Shown here: positions 38,770 to 48,977 of the stretch, piece by piece | How the letters are laid out: each line of letters begins with the position of its first letter | Numbering within the stretch: position 1 is the first letter of the stretch | Origin: Trueperaceae bacterium | GTDB taxonomy: Bacteria; Deinococcota; Deinococci; Deinococcales; Trueperaceae | Assembly: GCA_965214405.1 (NCBI GenBank) | Contig: OZ243956.1 | Span: 3,040,001 to 3,104,000 of the forward strand | DNA length: 64,000 nucleotides | Direction: 5' to 3' | Made by a program: the position numbers and the translations under genes | The notes under the pieces: model-generated | Database searches by the model: none | The model's input: the letters and a program-made list of their open reading frames with translations, nothing else | What the model was told of the DNA's origin: nothing

Positions 38770-39315
38770 TTAGCAGTCCACCACCGGAATATCTCTCGAG
38801 AGAAAATCAAACCCCTCCCTGTAGCCGTTAACCTGCAAATAAAGGCGTGTGTAGCCCTTTACCACAGGCCTCACCACGATGGCTTGCGGCGCGACCGAGA
38901 GCGGCGCGTTATAGGCTGGAATGGTGTAGGTTACTTCGACGTAATCCGAGCCGTAAGAGACGTTGCCGCTGTTGGGCGTAAACGTTGCGCGGCCCGTGAC
39001 CTGGCCGCTCTGGACGCCCCTAAGGTACGAGGTCCAGGACGCGAGGGCCCCGTCGTAAGCGAACGCGTAAGAGAGTTCCGTCGTGGCGTTGTCGCAGATG
39101 ATGAAGCGCCCGTTGCCGTCTTGGTATGACGTCGAGTAGGCGCCGTCGTAAATGTCGATGCCGTCGGGTAAGCCTGTGTCTCCTGTAAAGACGATGTTAC
39201 ACCCCGAAAGAAGCCCGACGACCATGACACAAGCCGCGGCCCACATTTTTGAAGCTTTCAACGTTTCCCTCCTATAGACCGCGCCAGGCGGTTTTTTAGA
39301 TTGCCCCATAGACAT
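38770..39315 (-). CDS. Hypothetical lipoprotein
   Basis: Lipobox LLSGC; true start is probably near 39261 after AGGAGGG. Confidence 0.7.
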   Translation of the reverse strand: MSMGQSKKPPGAVYRRETLKASKMWAAACVMVVGLLSGCNIVFTGDTGLPDGIDIYDGAYSTSYQDGNGRFIICDNATTELSYAFAYDGALASWTSYLRGVQSGQVTGRATFTPNSGNVSYGSDYVEVTYTIPAYNAPLSVAPQAIVVRPVVKGYTRLYLQVNGYREGFDFLSRDIPVVDC

Positions 39316-39492
39316 AGTCTCGTAAAAACAGAGAGCGCTAAGTGCATTATTGCACAGTGGCCCCTTAACAGTAACGTCCCGACGTGAGGCGGAGCGGCGG
39401 GAGGGGTGAAAAAGGGTTCATGAGACGCGGTTTTACAGCCTTATTTTTCATAATCTCGAGCCCGTAACCCAAAAATCTTGATAACCTTGGGC

Positions 39493-40362
39493 ATGGACGA
39501 AGTACATTCCGCAGAAACAGAACACGACGCCGAGGGGCAACCCGAGGCGAATCCTTTTTTGGTCCCCGACCCCAACCGCATCTACGCGAACGCGCGCAAG
39601 TGGCGGCTCGCCGAGGACATGTTGGAGCGCTACACCGGCACGCCGCCGGGGCGCTTTCAAAAGCAGATCGTGCTGACCAACTTTAACTACTACATGGAGC
39701 GCTTTAGCTCGCAGTATGGCGACTCGCAGACGCGCGGCTCGGCTATGCACGCGGCGCACAGCGAAAAGATGGGCGTCTCGATCATCAACTTTTCGATTGG
39801 CGCGCCCAACGCGGCCCTCATTATCGAACTCCTGGCGACCGCCGACCCCAAGGCGGTGCTTTTCCTGGGGATGTGCGGCGGGCTGCACCGCTCTTTAGAA
39901 GTGGGCGACTTTGTGCTGCCCACCGCGGCGATTCGTGACGAGGGGTCCTCGACGCACTTTATGCCGCCCCGCGTGCCCGCGCTGCCGACCTTCAAGGTGC
40001 AGAAGTTCGTCTCGCAGATGATTGTCGAGAAAGGCTTCGACTACCGCACGGGCGTCATCCACACGACTGACTACCGTTTTTGGGAGTTTGACGACAAATT
40101 CAAGGCCGAACTTTACGAAGAGCGCGCGCTGGCGATTGACATGGAGACCGCCACGCTCTTTTCGGTGGGGTTTGCGAGTAAGGTGCCCATCGGGGCGATG
40201 CTGCTGGTGTCCGACTTGCCGTTAAAGAAGGGGGGCATCAAGACCAAAGTCTCGGCCAACCGGGTGTTTAGCGCCTACACCGACTTGCATTTGGAGTTGG
40301 GCATCCAGGCGATGAGCGAGATTGCCGAGCGGGGGGAGCATATCAGGCACTACCGCTGGTAG
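39493..40362 (+). CDS. amn: AMP nucleosidase
   Basis: DMLERYTG, IVLTNF, FLGMCGGL, AIDMETAT and LLVSDLP motifs (PNP/UDP fold). Confidence 0.88.
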   Translation: MDEVHSAETEHDAEGQPEANPFLVPDPNRIYANARKWRLAEDMLERYTGTPPGRFQKQIVLTNFNYYMERFSSQYGDSQTRGSAMHAAHSEKMGVSIINFSIGAPNAALIIELLATADPKAVLFLGMCGGLHRSLEVGDFVLPTAAIRDEGSSTHFMPPRVPALPTFKVQKFVSQMIVEKGFDYRTGVIHTTDYRFWEFDDKFKAELYEERALAIDMETATLFSVGFASKVPIGAMLLVSDLPLKKGGIKTKVSANRVFSAYTDLHLELGIQAMSEIAERGEHIRHYRW

Positions 40363-40718
40363 GGGTCGTGAACCGCTACGCGCCTCAAGTGAGGCACGCG
40401 TCATGGCAAACCACTCGCCCGTAAGGTATAGTGAGCCATGTTACAGAGCGTGAGGTTCTTCATCTCTTCTCTTTGCCCTGTGGAATCCTCGTCCAAGCGC
40501 CGGAAGCTCTCGAGCCGGGTTGAGGGTATGAGTTTGCAACGCACCGGCTTCGACAGTGATGGTTCTGAGCGAGTCGGTTCAGGTGATAGCCTCCGCGACG
40601 ACGGTTGCGCGGCGCTTTTTTGTATAACGCTTTTTTGTACAACACTCTTTTGTACGGCGACCTGATAACTACTGACGCGTCTAGTTGCCAACTGACACCA
40701 TCCTGAGACAACCACCCC

Positions 40719-41729
40719 ATGACATCATCCTTTCCTTCCCCCTTCCACGCGTGGCGACTACGCATTTTGGCGCGGCTCGCGGTGTTTGCTCTCCTCGGGC
40801 TGTTCGTGGCTGGCGGCTGGTGGCCCGTTCCGCCGCGCCTCTACGCGCTCACGGTGGTTGGCGTGACGCTCTTTTACGTGGTCATCTGGCGGGTGTGGCG
40901 GCGGCGAACCTCTTATGAGGCCCCGCTTAGCTGGGCCGAGGTGGGCGCGGACCTCGTTTTTCTCTCGCTCACGTTGCGTTTCGGCGGGGAGAGCGCCCCT
41001 GCTGCGCTCGTCTACCTCTGGTTTTTCGGCGCGACGCTCCTGCACGTCCGCAACAACATCCGGCGGGACCTGCCGCTGCTCGCGGCGTTGGCGCTCGTGG
41101 TGCTGGGCGTGGTGAGGCTGGGCGCGGCTGACTGGCTCCCTTACATGGGGTTTCACGCGCTCGGTATCGGTCTTGCGAGCGTTATAGGCTGGGCTTATTT
41201 GAGAGAGCGCTCGAGAGACCGCGTCGACCCCCTGACGAGCACGCTCCACCGCCGCGCGGGTATCGAAGAGCTCAACGACCTCATGCGGCGCGCGCAACCC
41301 TTTTCCCTCGCGTTCGTCGACCTCAAAGATTTCAAGGCCATCAACGACACCCACGGGCACGCCGTCGGCGACGAGGTCTTGCGCGCCGTGGCGCGGCGCA
41401 TGGCGGGCACGGTGCGCGAAAAGGACGTGGTCATGCGTTACGGCGGTGACGAATTCATCGTGGCGAGCCCCCTGCCCGCGCTGCGCCCCCGGCTCGAGGC
41501 GACCCTCCTGGACCCGGTGCGCACCTCGGCGGGCGTGATGGTCGTGCGCGCCGACATCGGCACCATCGACTGGTGCCAGGGGATGTCTTTAGAAACGCTT
41601 CTGAACCGCGCCGACGCCTCGATGTACCGCCGCAAACGCGGCGAAACGGCTTCCGGGGACGCCCCCGCGTCATCACAGCCGGAGTCACATCCGCAGCCCG
41701 TCGTGCATGGTGGTATTCGGAAGCCGTGA
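40719..41729 (+). CDS. Membrane diguanylate cyclase
   Basis: TM N-terminus; FKAINDTHGHAVGD; REKD I-site; RYGGDEF. Confidence 0.92.
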   Translation: MTSSFPSPFHAWRLRILARLAVFALLGLFVAGGWWPVPPRLYALTVVGVTLFYVVIWRVWRRRTSYEAPLSWAEVGADLVFLSLTLRFGGESAPAALVYLWFFGATLLHVRNNIRRDLPLLAALALVVLGVVRLGAADWLPYMGFHALGIGLASVIGWAYLRERSRDRVDPLTSTLHRRAGIEELNDLMRRAQPFSLAFVDLKDFKAINDTHGHAVGDEVLRAVARRMAGTVREKDVVMRYGGDEFIVASPLPALRPRLEATLLDPVRTSAGVMVVRADIGTIDWCQGMSLETLLNRADASMYRRKRGETASGDAPASSQPESHPQPVVHGGIRKP

Positions 41730-41922
41730 GAAAGCATAAATCACGGTGAGGCTACAAAAGATGAGGCTACAAACAAGGCTCGAGTGAATTTCGCCGTAGC
41801 CGTAGCGCAGCGTCTCGCTTAGACTGGCTTTACTCTTTACTCCGCAAGACACCTGGCGTATCGGGCGTCACTCGTTACTAGGAAAGGCTGAGCATACGTA
41901 ACAAGGATGCCAGTGGGAATGG

Positions 41923-42171
41923 ATGAAAGAACCCGCGAACGAAAATCATGTTGCTTCTAGTGCGAGGGTGCTGCTGCTCGAGACCTTTGGCGAGGCGCAC
42001 AAAGAGCTTGTCGAGCGGGTGCTTTTTCAACTGGACGCTCAAGAGGCTGTTGACAGATTCTTTTCAGCCCATGCGCCCGCGCCTCCGCTCGAGCCGTCCA
42101 AAACTAACCCCTTTGACGATCCCTTCTCCACCTTTAACACCACCTTTGGTGAGGAGCCCCCGCTTCTGTAG
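41923..42171 (+). CDS. Hypothetical protein
   Basis: 82-aa ORF filling an intergenic gap; no motif recognised. Confidence 0.4.
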   Translation: MKEPANENHVASSARVLLLETFGEAHKELVERVLFQLDAQEAVDRFFSAHAPAPPLEPSKTNPFDDPFSTFNTTFGEEPPLL

Positions 42172-42206
42172 GGTGGGATGGTTAAAGTTTTCTCACGCGT
42201 CTGAAA

Positions 42207-43172
42207 CTAACCCGCTAGTACCCTACGCGCCGCCACGTCGTCCGTCACGAGCACGTTCACGTAGCCGCCGCGGAGCGCGCCGCGGAGCGCCTCGACCTTG
42301 GCCGCGCCCCCCGCGACCGTAATGACGGTTTCGATGTTTTTAAGGGCGTCTAAGCCAATCGTGACGGCCCGCTCGTTGACGTTTTCAGCGACCGGCCTCC
42401 CGTCCGGCCCGAAAAACTGCGCGCAGATGTGGCCTGCCGCTCCCGCCGCCCTAAGGTGTTCTAAGTCCCGCTGGCGCAAGTAGCCCGCGAAGAGGCCGGA
42501 CGCGTCGCCGCTCAGCGAGCCCACGCCGGTCAGCACGACGTCGGCCTTTTGGGCGGTTTGCAAGAGCGCGCCGACGAGCGGTTCTTGCAAGAGGCGGTCG
42601 CGCGTCTCGGCGCTCTCGACCATCAGCGGCGCGTGCAGGTAGCGGTAAGTCGCGCCGTACTTGTTGGCAAGCTGACGCGCCAAGTCGGGGCCGTCCTGCA
42701 AGGGATTTCCTGAGCCGAGCGCGCCGATAATTTGCAACACGGTAAGGTCTTCTGTAGGGCGCGGCGCAACGTGGCACACGGTGGCGGCGACCGAACGCCC
42801 GTAAGACACGCCCAGAACTAGCCTGCTGTGAACAGCCCCCTCGAGCGCACGCGCCGCCAAGTACCCCAAGCCGTCGATCATCTCGTCTTCAGAACGTCCG
42901 TCGGCGCGGAGCACGCAAGCCTGCGTCAACCCAAAGGTGCGCGCTAGGTCACGCTCCAACGCGCTGTCGCGCACCCATTTATAATCAATGGTAATGGTGA
43001 CGACGCCCTTGTCCCGCGCCTCTTTGAGCAAGCGCGACACGGTCGAGCGCGAACTCTGGAGCTGCCGCCCGATCTCGAGCTGCGTCAGCCCCTCTTCATA
43101 ATAAAGTTTGGCAACCTCGACCAAAAGGCTAAAGTCCTCGTCTAAGTGAGTTGTTAACTCAGGTGGCTTCAC
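42207..43172 (-). CDS. Sugar-binding transcriptional regulator, SorC/DeoR family
   Basis: VAKLYYEEGLTQ..I...SRSTVSRLL and VLVTD motifs. Confidence 0.92.
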   Translation of the reverse strand: MKPPELTTHLDEDFSLLVEVAKLYYEEGLTQLEIGRQLQSSRSTVSRLLKEARDKGVVTITIDYKWVRDSALERDLARTFGLTQACVLRADGRSEDEMIDGLGYLAARALEGAVHSRLVLGVSYGRSVAATVCHVAPRPTEDLTVLQIIGALGSGNPLQDGPDLARQLANKYGATYRYLHAPLMVESAETRDRLLQEPLVGALLQTAQKADVVLTGVGSLSGDASGLFAGYLRQRDLEHLRAAGAAGHICAQFFGPDGRPVAENVNERAVTIGLDALKNIETVITVAGGAAKVEALRGALRGGYVNVLVTDDVAARRVLAG

Positions 43173-43348
43173 CCCTTACCCCCCTCTGCTGCGCCCGTTG
43201 TCGCGTGCGTCCCCGGTTTCTTACTCCAGTTTTGGCTTCCCACTTTTCGCTCGGCGCTTTTCTCTTCCCCGTCGACCTTATTCTTATCTGAGTCCTTGTT
43301 TGACACAAATCTCTGCTTCGCATGAATTCTGACCTAGCATACCCTCTT

Positions 43349-43412
43349 TTTGCACATATGTGCAAACATATGAACAAACGTCTTGACATGAGCGGCTAAG
43401 GCGTGATACCTT
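43349..43412 (+). promoter_or_regulatory. Operator palindrome and promoter of the ula-like operon
   Basis: Perfect TTTGCACATATGTGCAAA (43349-43366); TTGACA at 43383; TGaTACCTT at 43404-43412. Confidence 0.65.
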
Positions 43413-43543
43413 TGGTGGCACAAAGATTTTAATAGAGGCGTAACGATTACGAGGGATCGTACAGGGACTGAGCCCAAACAGGCTTGTCTACCAAACTTGT
43501 CGAGGCTCGAGCCGCTACCAAGGAGTCAAGGGTTGAGTAAGCC

Positions 43544-44608
43544 ATGAGCAAAGTAAGTGACATCACGAGAGAGTCCTGGATTCTGAGCGCCTTTCCCGAA
43601 TGGGGCACGTGGCTCAATGAAGAAATCGCGCGCGAGGAGGTCTCGCCGGGCACCTTTGCGATGTGGTGGCTCGGTTGCACCGGCATCTGGGTTAAAACCG
43701 AGGGGAACGCCAATCTTTGTTTTGACCTGTGGGTGAGGAGCGGCAAGCGCACCCAAGACGCGCCGCAGATGGCCCCCCACCATCAGCACCGCCGCGCGGT
43801 GGGTGCGCTCAATATCCAACCGAACCTGCGCAGTTCGGTTTGCGTGTTGGACCCCTTTGCCATTAGAGAGATAGACGCGGTGCTCGCCACCCACGACCAT
43901 AGCGACCACATCGACCCCAACGTCGCCGCGGCGGTCGTACAAAACTGCGGCCCGCACGTGCAGTTTGTGGGGCCGCAGACCTGTGTGGATTTGTGGCTCT
44001 CCTGGGGCGTGCCCGAAGAGCGCTGCGTGGTAGTCAGGCCCGGTGACAGCCTCACCATTAAAGATATCGAGTTGGTGGTGCTCGAGTCCTTCGACCGCAC
44101 CGAACTCGTCACTGCGCCCAAGGGCGTTGTGCTCAAGGGTCAGCCCGTACAGGATATGGACGAACGGTCGGTCAACTACCTCGTCAAAACACCCGGCGGC
44201 ACCCTCTACCACTCCGGCGACTCGCACTACTCGAACTACTACGCCAAGCACGGCAACGACCACACCGTCCACGTCGCGCTCGCCTCGTTTGGTGAAAACC
44301 CGCGCGGGATGACCGACAAGATGACCTCGGTCGATATTTTGCGGATGGCCGAAGGCTTGAACGCCGAGGTCGTGATTCCGGTTCATCACGACATTTGGAG
44401 CAATTTTCAGGCCGACACGAACGAAATCGTTACGCTGTGGAAGATGCGAAAAGACCGTTTGCAGTACGCGTTTAAGCCCTTCATATGGCAGGTCGGCGGC
44501 AAATACATCTATCCAACAGACAAAGACAAACTCATCTACAACTACCGTCGCGGCTTTGAAGACGCTTTTGCCACCGAGCCCGATTTGCCCTTCAAGGCGC
44601 TCTTGTAG
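43544..44608 (+). CDS. ulaG: L-ascorbate 6-phosphate lactonase
   Basis: [37 protein letters not shown] and HSGDSHYSN motifs. Confidence 0.93.
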   Translation: MSKVSDITRESWILSAFPEWGTWLNEEIAREEVSPGTFAMWWLGCTGIWVKTEGNANLCFDLWVRSGKRTQDAPQMAPHHQHRRAVGALNIQPNLRSSVCVLDPFAIREIDAVLATHDHSDHIDPNVAAAVVQNCGPHVQFVGPQTCVDLWLSWGVPEERCVVVRPGDSLTIKDIELVVLESFDRTELVTAPKGVVLKGQPVQDMDERSVNYLVKTPGGTLYHSGDSHYSNYYAKHGNDHTVHVALASFGENPRGMTDKMTSVDILRMAEGLNAEVVIPVHHDIWSNFQADTNEIVTLWKMRKDRLQYAFKPFIWQVGGKYIYPTDKDKLIYNYRRGFEDAFATEPDLPFKALL

Positions 44609-44787
44609 CGCCTCAGTGACAGCTCAGTAACACTTCAGCAACACCTCCCCATTTGGTCCTGAGACCTTCCGGTCTAAGACGCACGAACCTATCCGGAGAA
44701 AGTCGTCCAGAGTCGAGTCCACCAGAGTTAAATCACCCGAAGTCGAAGCCAACGTCAAACCAGTTAAACTCCAAGGAGGATTTATCC

Positions 44788-46131
44788 ATGAAACGTGTTT
44801 TCCTACTCCTCGTTACCGCGCTCGCGGCGATGGGCGCGCTCTTTAGCGCCTCGGCGCAACCGTACAGCGATTACGCGGGCACGACCATCGTCGTGAGCTG
44901 GCCCGCCTTGTCGCACTTTGAGGCGGCGGCCACGCTTATCCCGCAGTTCACCGAGGAAACGGGTATTGAGGTCGAGCTTGATTTGACCCAGTACCTCAAC
45001 ATGAAAGACCGTCAGGTTACCGAGATTTCTAAACCCAATTCGGGCGACTTAGACGTGGTGGCCTGGGTGGTCTTTACCAAAAACGAGTACGTGGCGAACG
45101 GCTGGCTCGAGCCCTTGGCCCCCTACCTCAACAACCCGCGCCTGACGATGCCCGACTACGATATCGAAGACATCGTGCCCGCCTACCTCACCAACGGCGG
45201 CAAATCGGGCGGGCGTAAAGGCTATCTGGACGGCCCCGGCGCGTCGCTCTACGGGATTCCCTTTAGCCCCGAGACGAGCATCTTGGCCTACCGCACCGAC
45301 ATTTTTGACGAGTACGATTTAGAGGTTCCCACCACCTACGACGAACTCTTAGAAACCGCGCAGTTTATTACCGACAACGTGCCCGACGTTTACGGCATGA
45401 CCACGCGCGGCTCGGCGGGGCACCAGGTCGTCCACGCCTGGTTGTTGCACCTCTCGCCCCTGGGCGGCACGGTGCTGGATGATTCGTACAACCCCGTGGT
45501 GAATTCACCCGAGGCCATTCAGGCGGTCGAGACGCTTCAGACGATCCTCGAGAACTCTCCCCCCGGCGCCGAGGCCAACGGCGCGGGCGAGCAGGACGCG
45601 GCCTTTTTGCAGGGCGATTCGGCGATGTACCTAGACCGCATGGCGATTGCGCCGATGGTGTCTGACCCCTCGGTTTCAAACGTCGTCGGTAACGTAGGCT
45701 ACGCGCTCCACCCCACCGCCGCGACCTGCGGCAGTGAGACGGGCGGCTTTGCGATGGGCATTGCGTCCAACTCGCAAAACAAAGAGGCGGCCTGGCTCTT
45801 TATCCAGTGGTTTACGAGCAAAATGGGCGACCAGATGGTCGTCGAGGCGGGCGGTAACCCCATGCGCACCTCGACGCTCGCCAACCCCGAGCTTCAGGCG
45901 ATGCACCCCGAGTTTCCGGTGGTCTTAGAGCAGTTGGAGTGCGCCGACGCCGACTGGCGTCCTTTAATCCCCGAGTGGCCCGCGATGAACGCGCCCATCT
46001 TGGGCGAAGAAATCTCGGCGGCGCTGACCGGCCAAAAGTCCATCGAAGACGCGATGAACAGCGCCAACGACCGCTTACGCGAACTGTTGGACCGCGAAGG
46101 GTACTATAGCTGGGGCTCGAGCGGTAATTAG
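44788..46131 (+). CDS. Carbohydrate ABC transporter substrate-binding protein
   Basis: RBS AAGGAGG; signal peptide; LYGIPF, VPTTYDEL and NKEAAWLFIQW motifs. Confidence 0.9.
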   Translation: MKRVFLLLVTALAAMGALFSASAQPYSDYAGTTIVVSWPALSHFEAAATLIPQFTEETGIEVELDLTQYLNMKDRQVTEISKPNSGDLDVVAWVVFTKNEYVANGWLEPLAPYLNNPRLTMPDYDIEDIVPAYLTNGGKSGGRKGYLDGPGASLYGIPFSPETSILAYRTDIFDEYDLEVPTTYDELLETAQFITDNVPDVYGMTTRGSAGHQVVHAWLLHLSPLGGTVLDDSYNPVVNSPEAIQAVETLQTILENSPPGAEANGAGEQDAAFLQGDSAMYLDRMAIAPMVSDPSVSNVVGNVGYALHPTAATCGSETGGFAMGIASNSQNKEAAWLFIQWFTSKMGDQMVVEAGGNPMRTSTLANPELQAMHPEFPVVLEQLECADADWRPLIPEWPAMNAPILGEEISAALTGQKSIEDAMNSANDRLRELLDREGYYSWGSSGN

Positions 46132-46138
46132 CATTTTC

Positions 46139-46172
46139 GGGAGACGCGTTAAAAGCGCGTCTCCCTCCTTAT
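46139..46172 (+). terminator. Intra-operon hairpin (terminator or mRNA stabiliser)
   Basis: GGGAGACGCG/CGCGTCTCCC stem after the binding-protein gene. Confidence 0.55.
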
Positions 46173-46262
46173 TCTGAAGTAGTCTATGAAGTCAGCTCAC
46201 CAAATATCTATTACCTAAAGCTTCTCAGTCTGAGCATCCAATCCATATAAAGAGAGCGACCG

Positions 46263-47171
46263 ATGAGACCCAACAGAGCCGTTCCTTACCTCTTTTTACT
46301 TCCCGCCGTCGCTATCCTGGCGCTCGGGCTGATGGTGCCCCTTTACAACTCGCTTGTGCTGAGTTTTTACGACTGGAACTTCGGCGAGGCGTGGGCGGCC
46401 AAGGATTATCTGGGGTTTCAAAACTTTCGCCGCCTCTTAACCGACCCGGTCGTCTGGTCGTCGGTTCGCACGACGTTTGTGTTCGGGTTTTGGGTGGTGC
46501 TTTTGGAGATGATTATCGGCGTCGGCCTGGCGCTGCTTTTGGAAAAGCCCGTGCGGGGCGCATCTATTTTTCGGACCATCTTTGTGTTGCCGCTGATGAT
46601 TGCGCCCATCGTGGTGGGGCTTATCTGGCGCTATTTGCTCGACGCGCGTAACGGGGTGGTGAACTATTATCTCGAGGCCATCGGTAACGCCGTACCTTTC
46701 TTACAAAATCTCGGCTTCATCCGTCAAGAATGGCTCGCCGACCCCAACCTGGCGATGTTTTCGATTGTCATTAGCGACGTGTGGCAGTGGACGCCCTTTA
46801 TTTTTATGATCGTGCTGGCGGGTTTGCAGGGCTTGCCGGGCAACCTTATCGAGGCCTCGTATCTGGACGGGGCCAACTGGTGGCAGATGACTTGGTTCAT
46901 CAAGCTGCCGATGATGCGTAATATTTTGCTTATCGCGCTGCTCATGCGGATTATCGACGTGTTCCGGGCGCTCGAAGTCATCTACATCATGACGAACGGC
47001 GGGCCGGGGAGTTCAACAAAAGTGCTGTCGCTGCTCCTCTTTCAGACCGCGTTTACCTCGCAAGACCTGGGTTACGCCGCGACCATCGCGGTGCTCTTGA
47101 GCGTGATTCTTATTCTATTGAGCGTCGCGCTGATGTTTTACAACAATCCTCTCGAAGACAGGGCGGTTTAG
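46263..47171 (+). CDS. Carbohydrate ABC permease
   Basis: DVWQWTPF and EASYLDGA motifs. Confidence 0.93.
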   Translation: MRPNRAVPYLFLLPAVAILALGLMVPLYNSLVLSFYDWNFGEAWAAKDYLGFQNFRRLLTDPVVWSSVRTTFVFGFWVVLLEMIIGVGLALLLEKPVRGASIFRTIFVLPLMIAPIVVGLIWRYLLDARNGVVNYYLEAIGNAVPFLQNLGFIRQEWLADPNLAMFSIVISDVWQWTPFIFMIVLAGLQGLPGNLIEASYLDGANWWQMTWFIKLPMMRNILLIALLMRIIDVFRALEVIYIMTNGGPGSSTKVLSLLLFQTAFTSQDLGYAATIAVLLSVILILLSVALMFYNNPLEDRAV

Positions 47172-47172
47172 G

Positions 47173-48111
47173 GTGCAGGGGACGGTGGAGCGGGGCTTAG
47201 AGAGGCGCGAGCGCAAGGCCAAACGCGCGCGCGTGAGCAAGGGTGACGTGTGGCGTTACGTGGCGCTCTTTACGCTCGCGCTGGTGGCGCTCGCGCCCAT
47301 TTTTGTGATGTTTGCGACCTCGCTCAAGTTGCCCATCGAGATTCAGTCGAGGGTGCCCCGCTGGATTTTTATGCCGACGGCGAGCAACTACACCGAGGTC
47401 ATCACCACCTACCGCATGATTCCCTACCTCGTCTCGTCGCTGGTCATCGCGCTCGGCTCGACTTTTGTCACGCTGCTCACGGCGGGCATGGCGGCCTTTG
47501 CCCTGGCGCGGATGCGCTTTCCGGGCCGCGGCCTCATCGCGCAGACCACGCTCGTGATTCGCATGATTCCTCCGGCGGTCATCGCGGTCGCGGTCATCGG
47601 CTTCTGGATTTCCTGGGGCATCGGCGACGCGGTGGAGGGGGTGCGCTTCACGCTGCCCAACGGCCTCGGGCGGGGCGACCTGTTGGACGGGTCGCAGCTC
47701 GGGCTCATGCTTTTTTATACCGCGCTGAACCTGCCCTTTTCGGTCTGGCTGCTTTTCGGCTTTATCCAGCAGATTCCGGTGGAGCTTGAAGAAGCCGCCA
47801 TCATCGACGGCGCGACGCTCTTGCAAGTCTTGTTCCGCGTGATTTTCCCGCTCATGGGCGCGGGCTTCGCGGTTTCAGCCATTTTCACCTACCGCATCGC
47901 CTGGAACGAGTTTATCCTGGCGCTCTTTCTCACCAGCCGCTACACCAAAACGCTGCCCGTGTTTGCGTCTGAGTTTATCCGCGATGACGGCGTGCTCTGG
48001 GGGCAGATGATGGCGGTGGGGAGTCTGATTGCCATTCCGCCTCTTATCATCACCTTTTTTGCCGCCAAGCAAATTATCCAGGGGATGACGGCGGGGGCGG
48101 TGAAGGGGTGA
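47173..48111 (+). CDS. Carbohydrate ABC permease
   Basis: ELEEAAIIDGA, AWNEF and GMTAGAVKG motifs. Confidence 0.93.
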   Translation: MQGTVERGLERRERKAKRARVSKGDVWRYVALFTLALVALAPIFVMFATSLKLPIEIQSRVPRWIFMPTASNYTEVITTYRMIPYLVSSLVIALGSTFVTLLTAGMAAFALARMRFPGRGLIAQTTLVIRMIPPAVIAVAVIGFWISWGIGDAVEGVRFTLPNGLGRGDLLDGSQLGLMLFYTALNLPFSVWLLFGFIQQIPVELEEAAIIDGATLLQVLFRVIFPLMGAGFAVSAIFTYRIAWNEFILALFLTSRYTKTLPVFASEFIRDDGVLWGQMMAVGSLIAIPPLIITFFAAKQIIQGMTAGAVKG

Positions 48112-48177
48112 GGCAGTGGGGAGTGGTGAGTGAATAGTGGTTAAAAAAAGCCTGAAAGCTAAGTTTTCTTTGAGGAT

Positions 48178-48843
48178 GTGATGATGAAACCCAAACTGCA
48201 ACTTGCGTTGGATACCTTTGATTTGCCTTCGGCTCTAGCGCCCGTTCAAAAAGCTCAGCATTACATTGACGTGGTCGAGGCGGGGACAATTTTATGTTAC
48301 GCCGAGGGGATGCACGCGGTGCGGGCATTGAGGGCGCTCTACCCAGACAAGATTTTGCTGGCGGATGTGCGGATTGCTGAGGCGGGGAGCATCATCGCCA
48401 AACTCGCGTTTGAGGCGGGGGCGGACTGGGTGAGCGTGGTGAGCGGGGCGACGCTGACGACGGTTGAGGTAGTGCTGAAAGAAGCCGAGAAAAAGGGAGG
48501 GGAGGTGCAGCTCGAGCTTATCGACGGCTGGACCTGGGACGACGCGGCGGCGTGGCGCGACTTGGGCGTGACCTGGGTCATCACGCACCGCAGCCGTGAC
48601 GGGGAAGCGGTGGGTGATTTGAGTTGGAAAGATAAAGACTTCGAGGAGATGCGCCGCCTACACGAAATGGGCTTCAAGGTGAGCGTGGCGGGCGGCGTCA
48701 AGGTCGAGGACATGCTGCGCTTTAAGGATGTGCCCATCGGCGTGTTTACCGTTGGACGCGCGATTCGTGATGCGGACGACCCAGCGGCGGCGGCTCGAGC
48801 ATTCCAAAATGCCATCCGCGAGACCTACGGCGTGGCGGGTTGA
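48178..48843 (+). CDS. ulaD: 3-keto-L-gulonate-6-phosphate decarboxylase (OMP decarboxylase/HPS superfamily)
   Basis: PKLQLALD, EAGTILCYAEG, HRSRD and GRAIRDA motifs; in an operon with ulaG. Confidence 0.8.
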   Translation: MMMKPKLQLALDTFDLPSALAPVQKAQHYIDVVEAGTILCYAEGMHAVRALRALYPDKILLADVRIAEAGSIIAKLAFEAGADWVSVVSGATLTTVEVVLKEAEKKGGEVQLELIDGWTWDDAAAWRDLGVTWVITHRSRDGEAVGDLSWKDKDFEEMRRLHEMGFKVSVAGGVKVEDMLRFKDVPIGVFTVGRAIRDADDPAAAARAFQNAIRETYGVAG

Positions 48844-48977
48844 CGTGTCTCGGGAACTTATGAAAAAGCGCCGTCTCTTATGCGGGAGGCTCGAGCCTTC
48901 GTCCTCGAAGAGGCGTTGAATTAGGATGCGTGCAAAGTGATTTTCCCTCAAACCATTTCACAGGATGTGTCTTGACC

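Noticed and set aside
40629..40642. GCTTTTTTGTACAA resembles a lambda/Gateway att core
   Set aside because: It is one unit of a local 15-bp degenerate tandem repeat; no integrase or vector sequence is nearby.
40363..40718. c-di-GMP riboswitch or real ORFs upstream of the GGDEF gene
   Set aside because: GGCAAACC is present but the rest of the consensus is not; the short ORFs lack motifs.
44653..44787. N-terminal extension of the sugar-binding protein
   Set aside because: The strong RBS and signal peptide begin at ATG 44788.
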